43,833 nucleotides of DNA from Octopus sinensis. Taxonomy: Eukaryota. Position numbers and translations under genes: made by a program. The stretch lies in the NCBI RefSeq assembly GCF_006345805.1, contig NW_021834948.1:1-43833 (forward strand), written 5' to 3'. Shown piece by piece: positions 1 through 12,425 of the stretch. Under the pieces are notes generated by a model that was given only the letters and a program-made list of their open reading frames with translations, did not search any database and had not been told where the DNA came from. Within the stretch, counting starts at the first letter, position 1. Every line of letters starts with the position of its first letter.

Positions 1-382
1 CAGATCAATACGCGTTGGCACTGCTGGGTAGCGCTGACACAGAGAATGCGGAAATCAATTAACGACTCTTTCACAGATATTGATATCAAGGGAAGTTATC
101 AAACACTTGTCGTTTCAGGAATACAACATGATGTAGTCGAACCGATATCAAACCATTGTGGTTACTGTGATAACATCACAAAGGGACGTGGTTGTGATAT
201 CACACAATGATATTACTGTCAGATCAAAAATATGTTCAGCTACTCTGATATCACGATATGCCATCTTGCCATCTTGCTCTCATAATGTGAAGCTGCTCTG
301 ATATGCTATCACAATCAATCAGACGTTATTAAGTATGGACTGGTTTCTCGGAACAGTCGATATTTCACACGGACACACCAAC

Positions 383-404
383 TATGCTGCTGCTGCCGCT
401 GCTG

Positions 405-440
<36 letters not shown>

Positions 441-556
441 TTACTACTACTATTACTGCGGCTGCTGCTATTACTACTACTAGTGCTACTGCTGCTGCTA
501 CTGCTACTACAACTTCTGCTGCTGCTGCTACTACTACTACTACTACTATTACTAAT
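383..556. repeat. (CTA/CTG)n trinucleotide microsatellite
   Basis: Direct reading: gctgct/actact arrays; source of the poly-A/T/L ORFs at 335-574. Confidence 0.95.
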
Positions 557-649
557 TCACCACTAGTTTGTTGACGTGCTAGTGGTGGTGGTGGTAGTGA
601 TGGCGTTAGTCATTCTTAGTTATTTCGTTTACCATGTGATTATGTGTGT

Positions 650-1266
650 ATATATGTACGCATATATATATTATATATAATACATATATATACAGATATA
701 TATATATACATATTATATATAATATATATACATATATATCTATATATATATATATTGTGCATGCACACACATACAAACATTCACTCACACACAACACACA
801 CACACACACAACACACACACACCACACACACACACATATATATAATATATATATGTGTGTGTGTTTGTGTGTGTGTGTGAGTGGGTGTGTGTGTATTTTT
901 ACTGTTTGAAATTGGGTTTTTTCTCTTCTTCCCTCCCTCCCTCTCACACTTCTTTTTTCACTCATCCTGGGTTTTCTGTTTTCCTCCTGTTCTTCTTCTC
1001 TGTCTCTTTCACTCTCGCTCTATCTCACTTTCTCTTTTTCCTCTCTCTCTCTCTCTCTCACTCTCAATCTATCTCTTTTTCTCTCTCTCCTCTCTTTCTC
1101 ACTCTCCTCTCTCTCTCTTTCTCTCATACACACCCACCCACAGAGACACTCTCCATATCTTTGTATATTTGTGTGATCATACACAGAAGGACAGAGAAGA
1201 CAGAGAGAGAGAGAGAGATAGAGAGAGGAGAGAGAGCGAAAGCAGGTGGGACGGAGATAGGTAGGC

Positions 1267-1302
<36 letters not shown>

Positions 1303-1447
1303 AGCAAGTGCGAGCGTGCGCATGCGTGTACATACGTGCATGAGAGTGCATGTTAGTGATGTATGAATTTGTCCCATATACAGGGAGAGAGAATGTTCAG
1401 CGAGAGAAAATGTAGATTTATGCGTATATAACTACAAAACCATACAC

Positions 1448-1498
<51 letters not shown>

Positions 1499-1500
1499 AA
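650..1500. repeat. Compound (TA)n/(CA)n/(TG)n/(CT)n/(GA)n microsatellite block
   Basis: Direct reading of alternating dinucleotide tracts. Confidence 0.9.
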
Positions 1501-2017
1501 CACAGACACGCACACATGTACACACATGTCTATATTCTTGTATACTCCCAACAAAAGCGATGTGGTAATAAAACTTAAAGAAATGTTACGTGCAGTAATA
1601 ATTTTCTTATTATACCGGTTATATATTGGAATATTGACTTACACGCTACGTATAAGACTATGTATTTGTGAGGGTGCATTACAACACACACATATATATA
1701 TATATATATGCGTATACTTGCATACCCGTATCTATGTATGTACGCATGTACATATATACATCTTCATAGTGACACGGCAGCGATGTCTTACATAATATGT
1801 AGAACATTATACCGATCTATCTAGAATTTAACACGGTCCAACATGTATACAAAACGTCCATACATGTCTATAGACACACACACGCACACACACACAGAGA
1901 AATATATATACATACATATATATATATATACATATATAAATACATATATATTTATATACACACATACACACATATATACATATATATAAACATTTTTTGC
2001 ATACTCACACACTGTGC

Positions 2018-2049
<32 letters not shown>

Positions 2050-2166
2050 AGTGTGTGTGTGCTTATACCTGTTTTTGTCTCTATGTGAAAGAAGAAATAG
2101 TGACAGGGTGAATATTGAGAGTCCAAAGTCATAAAGAGTAGATATGATCTACCTCCTGTTCCATAA

Positions 2167-2202
<36 letters not shown>

Positions 2203-2710
2203 TGTGTTTCTTGTTATCCGATTCAGTTTCTCTTACACACACACACACACATAAACACACACACTCACACACACACAACTCATACACACACATCTATATG
2301 TGTGTATTTATATATACACGCATATAGATTTCTTTATTCATATGTATACTTATATATATATACATATACATTTATATATATATATATACATATGTGTGTG
2401 TACGTGTGTGTGTGTGTGTGTGTGTGTATGTATGCACACACACACTCACACACACATACATATTCCTACATCAATAAATGGGTATCTAAATTTATACCTG
2501 AGCACATTTTGGCGATGTTTCGTTCTGAAAATACACTTCGGTTCTTTGTGTTCATGTGAGGAACTGCCTACACACACACACACACACACACACATACACA
2601 CACATACACGCATCTACATACAACAAAATATGTGTGCGTACATTTATTCATCTGTATGTAAATGTATATATGTATGTACATATATTTATTATATATTATA
2701 TATAATATTA

Positions 2711-2742
<32 letters not shown>

Positions 2743-3109
2743 TATATAATGTCTTTTTGTGTGTGTGTGTGTGTGTGTGTATACATATATATATACATAC
2801 GTGTGTGTAGGAAGGACATGCTTTCGCCGAAGGGTGTATAGACCAAAAAAATAAAACGTGTACAGCATAAAAGTACATGTGTATACTGTACAGAGATCGT
2901 CATTGCTCCACCCCACCGCCCCCTCCACACAACTCGACACATCACCGCCTCACTTGTTAGAAAGCGGGAAAATGGCTGTGTAAAGAAATTCGCCATTTTC
3001 CTTACTAACATGTTCGTGTCTCCTGATCGATATTTGGTTCTGCAGTTCTTTTATTCGACATCCATCAGCGTCGACACCACTATGCTCAGCCTCCTCCTCC
3101 TCTACGTCA

Positions 3110-3248
3110 CCGTCATTATCATCATCAACATCATCATCATCATCTTCATCACCATCGTTGTCATAATCATCATCATTATCATTATCATCAGCATAATCAT
3201 CATCATCATCGTCACCTACATCATCTTTTGCTTTTGACGATATCATTC

Positions 3249-3306
<58 letters not shown>

Positions 3307-3470
3307 CATCATCCTCATCATTATCACCATTATTATCTTTATTTTGACTTTTATATTTTTCTCGTCTTTATTATTATTTTCACTTTTATCATCATGAGCA
3401 TCATCATCATCATTATCATCATCATGAGCATCAACACCCTCATCATCATCATCATCACCTACATCATCAT
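3110..3470. repeat. (ATC)n and (ATT)n microsatellites
   Basis: Degenerate atcatc arrays around a pure (att)n run at about 3250-3305. Confidence 0.9.
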
Positions 3471-3619
3471 TTCTGATATGTTGTTGTCGTTGCTTTTGTT
3501 CTCGTTCCTTCTGCGTTACTGCAATAAAATCTTTATCAAGTTGTGGTTTGTGTGATGAGGCGGGGTTAGTCTAGCAGGGTGGTCATGGCGGAAAAAGTTC
3601 ATTTGAAGGTTGAATCCGG

Positions 3620-4010
3620 ATAGAAAAGATTGTCGGCCATATTGGCATAGGTGAGAGAATCGATTTTACATGTCAGGTCGGTATATTGATAGATATGAAG
3701 GACGGCCCTACGTAGTATACACGTAGGCCATCTTCTTCCAGTCTGGTAAAAGAAGATTAGTTTGGCTGGTTGAGCGCTTTAGATGAAAGTCAGTGACGTA
3801 TAGACGTCGACAGTGTAAAATATCGAGAAAAAAAATGATCGGTCAAGGTGTTAAAATGGTAGATCTATGCAATGTCGGACCAAAAGGCCAGTCAAGAATG
3901 TGCTAGATGTAGTAGAATGCCGGACCAAAAAGCAGAGGTCGAAATGTTTAAATGCCTGGCGAAAAAGTTAGATGTTGTAGGAAAAAAAAAAACGGTCGGC
4001 TGTAAATCAC
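3620..4010. repeat. Degenerate internally repetitive element (gtcgg(a/c)caaaa-like subunits)
   Basis: Related motifs at 3631 tgtcggccatat, 3872 atgtcggaccaaaa, 3917 atgccggaccaaaa, 3952 atgcctggcgaaaa, 3993 cggtcggctgtaaa. Confidence 0.4.
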
Positions 4011-4416
4011 CAAGAATTTGTTTCGGGGTTAAATTTTCATTAAGTCGCCACGAGAGAAAATGCTCAACAGCCTTTCTTGCCACGTCTATGCTTATTGTAT
4101 TCTAAAGGAGAACGAGTAGAGTTCATAACTATTGTAGAATACGCATGGGTCTAGTTCATGCGTAGGTCCTAAGTCCTAATACAGCTGGTATGTCAAAAAT
4201 GTGGTTCCGACCGTGACCACCGCTGCTTTATTATTTTTCGGTGATTTAGTGTATTCAGAATGAGACGATGCAATTAGTTTCAGTTTTGTTTAGGACAGTA
4301 ATGAGGGATTAACGTTAGATTACTCCAATACAGCGTGAAGGGTGAATAACCGAATTAAGAAACTCTCGAATATTACTATGTGTCGGGCCAATAGCAGTAT
4401 TTCTGACGGCCGGGAC

Positions 4417-4449
4417 AATAATAATAATGATAATAATAATAATAATAAT

Positions 4450-4482
<33 letters not shown>

Positions 4483-4504
4483 AATAATAATAATAATAAT
4501 AATA

Positions 4505-4554
<50 letters not shown>

Positions 4555-4555
4555 T
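4417..4555. repeat. (AAT/AAC)n microsatellite, tail of adjacent SINE
   Basis: Direct reading; abuts the 3' end of the minus-strand SINE. Confidence 0.95.
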
Positions 4556-4757
4556 TCTACTGGAGGCACATTGCCTCAAATTTGAGGTGAAGGGACTACA
4601 TCGATCCCAGTGGTTTACTGGTACTTAATTTATCGACCCCGAAAGGATGAAAGGTAAAGTCAAGCTCGGCACAATTTGAACTCGGAACGTAGCGAGGGGC
4701 GAAGTACTGCGATGGATTTCGTCCAGCGTGCTAACGGTCCTGCCAACTCGCCGCCTT
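4555..4757 (-). mobile_element. tRNA-derived SINE, family A, full length
   Basis: Minus strand reads aaggcggcgagttggcagga (A-box-like) ... gagttcaaattg (B-box-like) ... tttcatcctttcggggtcgataaattaagtaccag ... (att)n tail; about 10 further copies in the window. Confidence 0.9.
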
Positions 4758-4764
4758 TATTATG

Positions 4765-4930
4765 ATGAGAAGAAGAAGAAGAAGAAGAAGAAGAAGAAAG
4801 AAAGAAGGAAAGAAGAAGGAGAAGAAGAAGAAGAAGAAGAAGAAGAAAAGGAAGAAGAAGAAGAAGAAGAAGAAGAAGAAGAAGAAGAAGAAGAAGAAGA
4901 AGAAGAAGAAGAAGAAGAAGAAGAAGAAAA
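4765..4930. repeat. (AAG)n polypurine tract
   Basis: Direct reading. Confidence 0.95.
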
Positions 4931-4935
4931 TAATG

Positions 4936-5081
4936 AATTATTTGAAATGTTAGCACAAGGCCAGCAAAGGAGGTAAGGTAAAATCGACCTTGGAGAAATT
5001 TGAACTTAAACGGCAAAGCCGGACGAAAGGCTGCTGAGCATTTTGACCGGTGGGCAGAAGATTGGGTCAGCTCGCCACCAT
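4936..5081 (-). mobile_element. SINE family A, internally deleted copy
   Basis: Head ggtggcgagctgacc, B-box-like aagttcaaatttc and tail tgctggccttgtgctaac on the minus strand; central core missing. Confidence 0.75.
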
Positions 5082-6280
5082 GTTAATAATAATAATGATA
5101 GCAGATTTGCTAACATCGAACGGTCGAGTTGCTGTCCCACCAACGCATGCGCAGATCATTTTATTTGCATTGCCAACGTTATATTGGTAATTAACGTCTC
5201 TGACAAGCATATATAATTAGATTGGAATTCACTGTAAAATATTAATTACAATTTGACTGGAGTATTGTTTGTCTTAATTTCGTTCTCTGTCTGACGAGTT
5301 CTTCTGTATATTTAAGAATATTAGAAGACACAGACACACACAACCACCGCGACACACAGACACACACACAATATATATGTACATGTATGTCCATGTATAG
5401 AGAGAGATGGATAGATAGAAAGTTACATGCATACATATATTACATATCTATCATAAACATAATTAGTATACACGTTCAATACACAGTCTTTGTTATGTAC
5501 TATGCAAATATAGGCCTTTACATATAGAGATTTAAATATTTATACACGTGTATAAGCATGTATGTATATATATAGAAATACATATATATATACATATATA
5601 TATATATATGCATATATATATATATATGGGCATGAAGCAATGTATATATGAGTCAACAAAGTGATACAGAGAGGTATTAAGCAGTTATCACACACACATT
5701 CAAGCGTCCACACTGTCAAAATCCTCCCACCCACTCACATACACACACACATTCATGGCTGATATTCCAGAATATTCCATTATTATGCGTCCAGAACTTG
5801 TAACAGATTTTTTTTCCACAAAACTTAGTTGGTGTTTAATAAAGACAAACGAAAGAGTGGTGGTGGGGGGGGTATGATTGGGTTCGGGGGTGTTGAGAGG
5901 AATAAAATATGAAGAGTGTGGTGTACGGGTGGGAGTGGATCGACTCATTGGTCAGAACTTAGATTGGTTGGTGTGGTTGTGGTTTATGTTCGTGGCGGTG
6001 GTGATGGAGGCAGCGGCGATGATGATGATGATGATGGTACCCAATGTCCACATGGAATATCTATTTACGCTGCTTTCTTTGTAAATGCAATTGTCTTCTT
6101 GGTTATTTTCAATGCATACATACTTAGATATACACATATATACATACAGACATACACAGACACAAACACACACACAACACACACACACACGCACACACAC
6201 ACATATATATATATACGTATATATATATAGTCAGATGGAGAGAGAGAGATAGAAAGATAGACACATATATATATATATAT

Positions 6281-6455
6281 ACGGGCATACTGGAGCAACG
6301 CGTTTAGTCGAACAAATCGGCGCTAGGACTTAGTTTTTGTAAGCCTAGTGCTTATTCTATCGGTATATTTCGCTGAACCGCTAAGTTACTAGGACGTAAA
6401 CACACCAACATCAATTATCAAGCGATGTTGGGGGGGAGCAAACACAGACACACGT
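6281..6455 (-). mobile_element. SINE family B, 3' half
   Basis: Similar to 32130-32310 and 33284-33510 (actggagc...tagtcgaa...taagcctagtgcttattct...cgctaagttac...acaccaacatc). Confidence 0.8.
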
Positions 6456-6714
6456 ATACATACATACATACATACATACACAATCATATATATATATATA
6501 GGGAGTTAGGGCGAAAACGACCTGTCTCCAGCATGGTTGAAGTGCTGATAGCTTCAAAAAAAAAATACCAAAAACTCCAGCTAAATATATAAAATTTTTA
6601 TAGCATACCTACTACTTGATAGAATCAATATACACATACACACACACCACAACACACACACACGTATATATATATATATATTATATATATACATATATAT
6701 ATATAATATATATA

Positions 6715-6772
<58 letters not shown>

Positions 6773-6897
6773 ATAATAATATATATATATATTATATATA
6801 TATATAATATATAATATATATATATATAATATATACACATATATGTATATATGGGTGTCGTATGTATGTATCTATGTTGTGTTATTATCTATCAAAT

Positions 6898-7125
6898 CAG
6901 CGAGCTGACAAAATCGCTAGCATGCAGGGCAAAATGCTTGGCATTTCTTAAAACTTTACGTTCAGCGTTCAAATTCAACCAAATTCCGACTTTGCCTTTT
7001 ATGCTTTCGGAATCAAATGAATAAGTGCCGACTGCGCATTTTGTTCGATGTAATCGACTGCCCCCCCACCCGCTCCATCAGAGTTTCGAGCCTTGAGCTT
7101 ATAGTAGAAAAGAACTATTATTATT
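6898..7125 (+). mobile_element. SINE family A, diverged full-length copy
   Basis: gcgagctgacaaaatcgctagc ... cgttcaaattc ... gactttgcctttt ... gatgtaatcgact ... tagtagaaaagaactattatt tail. Confidence 0.85.
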
Positions 7126-8346
7126 AGTTATACATCGTACATATATACTGCGTATAGAAATATGCATATAAATAAATGTGTGGGTGACGCGGGGCGACCC
7201 GTGTGTTTAATTCGATGCCAATATCGCAGTTATTTCTAGCAACCCCACTGGGTTCCTTCGTGTCACAACAGTAAATAAATTCACAGATGGAACACTAGTT
7301 GTTCTGTCCTTTAATGAGTAACAAGAGAGACATATGCATCTGAAGTGCCCTTCTTGGAACTGTTGCCTTACTAGGTTTCCCGCACCTGCTTAGCACCCGT
7401 AATGCCAGATAACATCACGAAATATCAATTCTTTGTCGAATTCTTCCCCTAAATTCTATCTTTGAATACTATGCTGCATGGCGTGTTCCCTAATTTAAAG
7501 TCTTTCATTTATTGTCGCCATTCATGTATTGTGTAACAGCCGAATGCATATGATGTTAATCTATTATATTTTCACAGTGTGAGTAAAACCAACGACCAGA
7601 ATAGGAAATAATGATATGAGAAGAAGTGTGTGAGGATGCAAGGGGAGGGGCAGTGGTGTGTGTGTGTGTGTGTGTATGTAGCAATATGTGTGTTAGTGTG
7701 CAAACGTATATTTGTGCCAAGAAGGTATACACTAGCGAGTATGTGTATATGGATATATATGTGCGTGGGATGAGAGCGTGTGCCTGTGTATACACTCACA
7801 CACACTTATATATATATATGTGTGCGTGTGTGTGTGTTTGCGCTTGTTTGCATGCATTCATATGTATGAACATATTCATGTATACAGATAAGACATATAC
7901 ATACATACATACATACACACTCACATATATATGTTTATATATATATATGTGTTTGTATATACATATATGTGTGTATGTGTCTTTGTTTATGGACTTCTAA
8001 AGGCATTCATATACACACGTGCACCACACACACACACATATAATAATATAAATATATATATATGCTTACGTAAGCATATATATATGCTGATATGTAATCC
8101 TTATGTCATGAATATGCACAAATTTTATAGGTGTGAATATATGTATATGTATATGATGTGTGCGTCAGAGTGTGTGCTTTTGTGTGTGTATACGAGAGTA
8201 ATAGGCTCATATACTTACACACATAAACACACAATATACATACATATACTTACACATATATATATATGTATATGTTTGTATGTATATAGGCATATGTACC
8301 GGTAAATATATATGGAAATTCTATGTATATTATATCTGTACACATA

Positions 8347-8536
8347 CAGAGGTTGGACAAAATAATGGAAACACCTTAAAATTTCAAACAAATTTATTGT
8401 AATAATGGGTAGGGCCGCATTTGGCAGTAATTGCAGCTTCAATTCTACGAGGTATGGACTCGTACAAAGTCTGAATTGTTTCCAAAGGATTTTTTGTCCA
8501 TTCTTCAGCTAAAGCAGTCTCTAGTTCTTGTAGTGT
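8347..8536 (-). mobile_element. Tc1/mariner DNA transposon 3' end (TIR plus transposase C-terminus)
   Basis: TA (8345-8346) followed by Tc1-type TIR CAGAGGTTGGACAAAATAATGGAAACACC. Minus-strand translation TLQELETALAEEWTKNPLETIQTLYESIPRRIEAAITAKCGPTHY matches the Tc1 transposase C-terminal pattern L.EEW..I....I..L..S(M/I)PRR..A.I.A.GG.T.Y. Confidence 0.9.
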
Positions 8537-9771
8537 ATGATTTATAGCTTCATCTACTTCGATTTCCAATGTTAAAAACGAATTATTTCACGACTCTTGA
8601 AGTTTCTAAATTCATATGGCCTAGACAAATATTCATATACACGCGCACACATACATATATATGTATGTATATTTATATTGGATCGACCACAACAGGGATT
8701 TAACATGAGTTTAATTGCAGAAGGGTGATATGCCTGGCTCAGCCAGAGAGGGTCTGCATCTCAGGTTCAACCCTGCAGGCTCCTATCGGTCAGAGAAACT
8801 CTTTGAAAGCCCAATGAACAAGAATTCACAGTATTAGTCTTCTACTTCAAGTTAAAATTTTCTTATAAAAAATACAAAATCGCGTTACGCTGCTTCTGTC
8901 AAAAAAATGTGAAGCTTTTGTTGTTGGTGGAGGTATAAGGGAATAACGAAATGGGCTTGCAATTCTGCTTTGGTGAATATCATATTTTACCAATTTTAAA
9001 AACACGGTATCTTTCACTCCATGTTCTTCGTTTTACGTTCTTGACAAGATGTGGATTTCGTATTTTCAGTTTCACTTCTCTGCACCAATTTTTAGTGCAG
9101 TTCCTGTTCTCTAAAGTGTTGCCACATTTTGGCCAACCACAAAAATTTTATGCTGCAGGCACCAAATAAAGTGAACTTTCTTTGAGAGAATAATGTAATA
9201 TCTTGATGCAACATTTACAAGTACGAAGCGAAATGCAAGAATTATTATCGACACGCAGACATTAAAACAAATATCGCCTACGGAAATCCGATGAGATTCA
9301 CTGTCCATAATTTAGAAGTCAACCGGGAAACAAACAAAAAAAAATAAACGCATAAATTTTGCCTACGTTAGCGGAAATGCGATAAAGTTACACTATAAGC
9401 CATATTGAAACTACTAAAAGTCAGCAGCCAACGAGAAACCTAAAGGATGTTAGCTTGTATATTGATACACATCACACAGATATTTGTACATGTAAGCATA
9501 CATGCGTGCAAACATACACACGCAGGTACATATAGATACACATAATACATATGATGAGAAAAGAGACAGAGAGATAGAGAGAGATACAGATATATACATA
9601 TATATATAGAGAGAGAGGGTGTAGGTTCTAAGAAAGAAAGAAATGTATATTAAAAGGAGTCTTATAATATTAGCTTTATTTATATTCCAACAAAATGGCC
9701 ACCATGCTTGAGAAAAGCTTGTATTCACTAAGCTCCATGAAGGCATGTTTTTAAGAAAATACAGTTGCTTA

Positions 9772-9901
<130 letters not shown>

Positions 9902-11098
9902 TGCTTTTGCACAGCTCCAAACGCTGGAGATGTACTACGGTGACAGCTGTTCACTACTAGTGAATCGAGCACCATCCGAGTATTCGAGCGGGTCCATGCA
10001 GTGCTGTTTTCTAAAAGTATTCCACCCTTACTGCAGGCTCTATTTGTTCCATGTACTTTTCAATATAATATACTCACTGTTCCCAGGGCTCCAACAATTA
10101 TTGGTACTACTACCACCATTTTCATCAACCACAACTGCATAACCTCCCAAGTTAACCTGTCATATATATCGAATTTTCTTTATTCCTTATTGCATACGTT
10201 GTTGTTCGCTGGACATGCTATATCTATGATCCAGCATCGTTTGCTTTCTTCCTCAATTAACACTATGTCTGGCTTCTTATTCTCTATCTCATGGTCGCAC
10301 TGAATCATAAAATCCCATAATCTTTTGCATTTTAATTTTCGGCGATGACCCCGGGTTTATGCTCGTACCAAGTTTTTGCTCTGTCAAGTCCATACTTGTT
10401 GGCAAGTATCCATTGGACACTTTTTGCTATATTGTCATGACTTCTCTTATATTCTTTCTAGGCTAGTAGCGTACGTTGAGAGGTAATATACCATACGATT
10501 TCACCATTTAGTCCACAAATTCTGCACTTATTACTTTCTGATGTGTTGTCTATTCTGTATTTCATGTAATTGGTTCTTAATGCTTGCTCTTAGGCAGCAC
10601 AGATTAGAGCTTCCGTCTATGCATTCTTTTCTTTATCCACCTATTTTTAATTTCATTCATTCTCAAGTGCTTGTACACTGCTTTATCTTTGCAGTCTTCC
10701 ATCCTATCCAAGCTTGACCTTCTTACTTCCAATAATAGTGCTTCTGTGGAATTTTTTTTACATACCATGCTATGTTGTTTTCTTCTGCTCCAATGCTGTA
10801 CTCGCATCCAGTCAGTCCTCTTCACCCTCTTTTTCTTGGTACATACAGTCTTTCTCTGTCACTTTTTGGGTGGAATGCAAACGTCCTTGTCTTTCTGTCT
10901 AAGTTGTTTACTTCGTCTACTGTCCATTCGGTTACCCCTGCTCCATATGCACAGTACAAAGTTCAATGGGGACAGGCAGCCACATTAGAAGATGCCTCCC
11001 CTGATTTCTATTGTCCCTAAATTTCTTCCATACGCTATCAGTTCCGTCGTCCAATTCACCATACTTTTTCCAAGCAATCGCTCAACATTCGATGCAAT
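9902..11098 (-). mobile_element. R4/Dong-clade non-LTR retrotransposon relic (family 1), 5'-truncated, with stops, frameshifts and internal deletions
   Basis: Manual minus-strand translation: IASNVERLLGKSMVNWTTELIAYGRNLGTIEIRGGIF*CGCLSPLNFVLC (RT GIFQGDxLSP motif); YGAGVTEW...FHPKSDRERLYVPRKRG*RGL; TEALICAA*EQALRTNY...KCRICGLNGEIVWYITSQR (decayed CCHC knuckle); KEYKRSHDNIAKKVQW; KKPDIVLIEEESKRCWIIDIACP (PD-D restriction-like endonuclease); IIVGALGTVS...KTALHGPARIL. Confidence 0.92.
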
Positions 11099-11165
11099 TG
11101 TTGTCATCATCATTATTATTATTGTTGTTGTCGTTATTCTTGTTGTTGTTGTTGTTCTTGTTGTT
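11099..11165. repeat. Degenerate (TTG/TTA/TCA)n microsatellite, 5' flank of Dong-like element
   Basis: Direct reading. Confidence 0.85.
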
Positions 11166-11206
11166 CAGCTCTGACTATGCTTGTGTATGCGGGTTTCACT
11201 TTCTGT

Positions 11207-11207
11207 G

Positions 11208-11273
<66 letters not shown>

Positions 11274-11355
11274 TACATACATACATACATACATATATAT
11301 ATACATACATACATACATACATACATACATACATACATACATACATACATACATA
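11207..11355. repeat. (GATA)n-(CATA)n compound tetranucleotide microsatellite
   Basis: Direct reading. Confidence 0.95.
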
Positions 11356-11908
11356 ATTGACAAGTACCGAGATGTGATAGTTTGTAACTGAAGGTAGCCG
11401 TGCACAGCCCATTATTTTCGAATCTGCCACACCTTACATCTAACTTCACCGACCATCATATCCTCCAGTCCTTAACTCCACATTAAACATCAGCAGAACC
11501 TCTTGAAAGGTGCTAAACGAGCGATAGACATAGCAATGCACGTGTTTGTATTGTTGCTATCTAGCAGTACAATATGGCGTTAATGTACTTCCGGCGTTAA
11601 CAATCGCCATTGTTATTATATCAGTAGTGACGATTCCAAAAGCAGCAGCACATGCAGCAGCATAAGGAGCTGTGTAAGCAGCACCAGCAGCAAGAGTAGA
11701 AGCAAATGCAGTGATTGTCTTTGTTTCTGTCAGCGTGATTTGTTAATGATGTCAGATGCCGGATTAAAGGTTTAGTACGAAGATTAATGAATAACGCGTA
11801 GCGGAGTAGATTAAAGAGTGTGAAATGGTTTTGTACGATGTCATCGCTTAGATAACTGGTGTATTTGGACAGCAACAAATCGTACATGGATACACACAAA
11901 CACACACG

Positions 11909-11944
<36 letters not shown>

Positions 11945-12164
11945 ACACACACACACACACACACCAAGCACACACACATATACACGTATATATATGTGTG
12001 TGCGTGCTCGTAATATATATAATACGTGTACGTATACACAACGATGTCATACAGTTATTCAAACACACACTAACATATTGACACTAACATACACACGCGC
12101 GCACAGGATCGTATCGCCTGAACACACACGCACACACACACACAGGATCGTATCGCCTGAACAC

Positions 12165-12200
<36 letters not shown>

Positions 12201-12393
12201 ATCTGTTAAAACAAATATGACAGGAATACAAGTGATAACGTACTGTATAATTAACTTAACTGCAAATTTACAGTAGTGTGTCAAAGGATCGAGACTTTCC
12301 TATGCCTGTAAATAAATATATTACATATATATATATATATATGCATATATGCATCTGTATGTCTTATGTATGCATGTATGCATGACTAAATGT

Positions 12394-12425
<32 letters not shown>

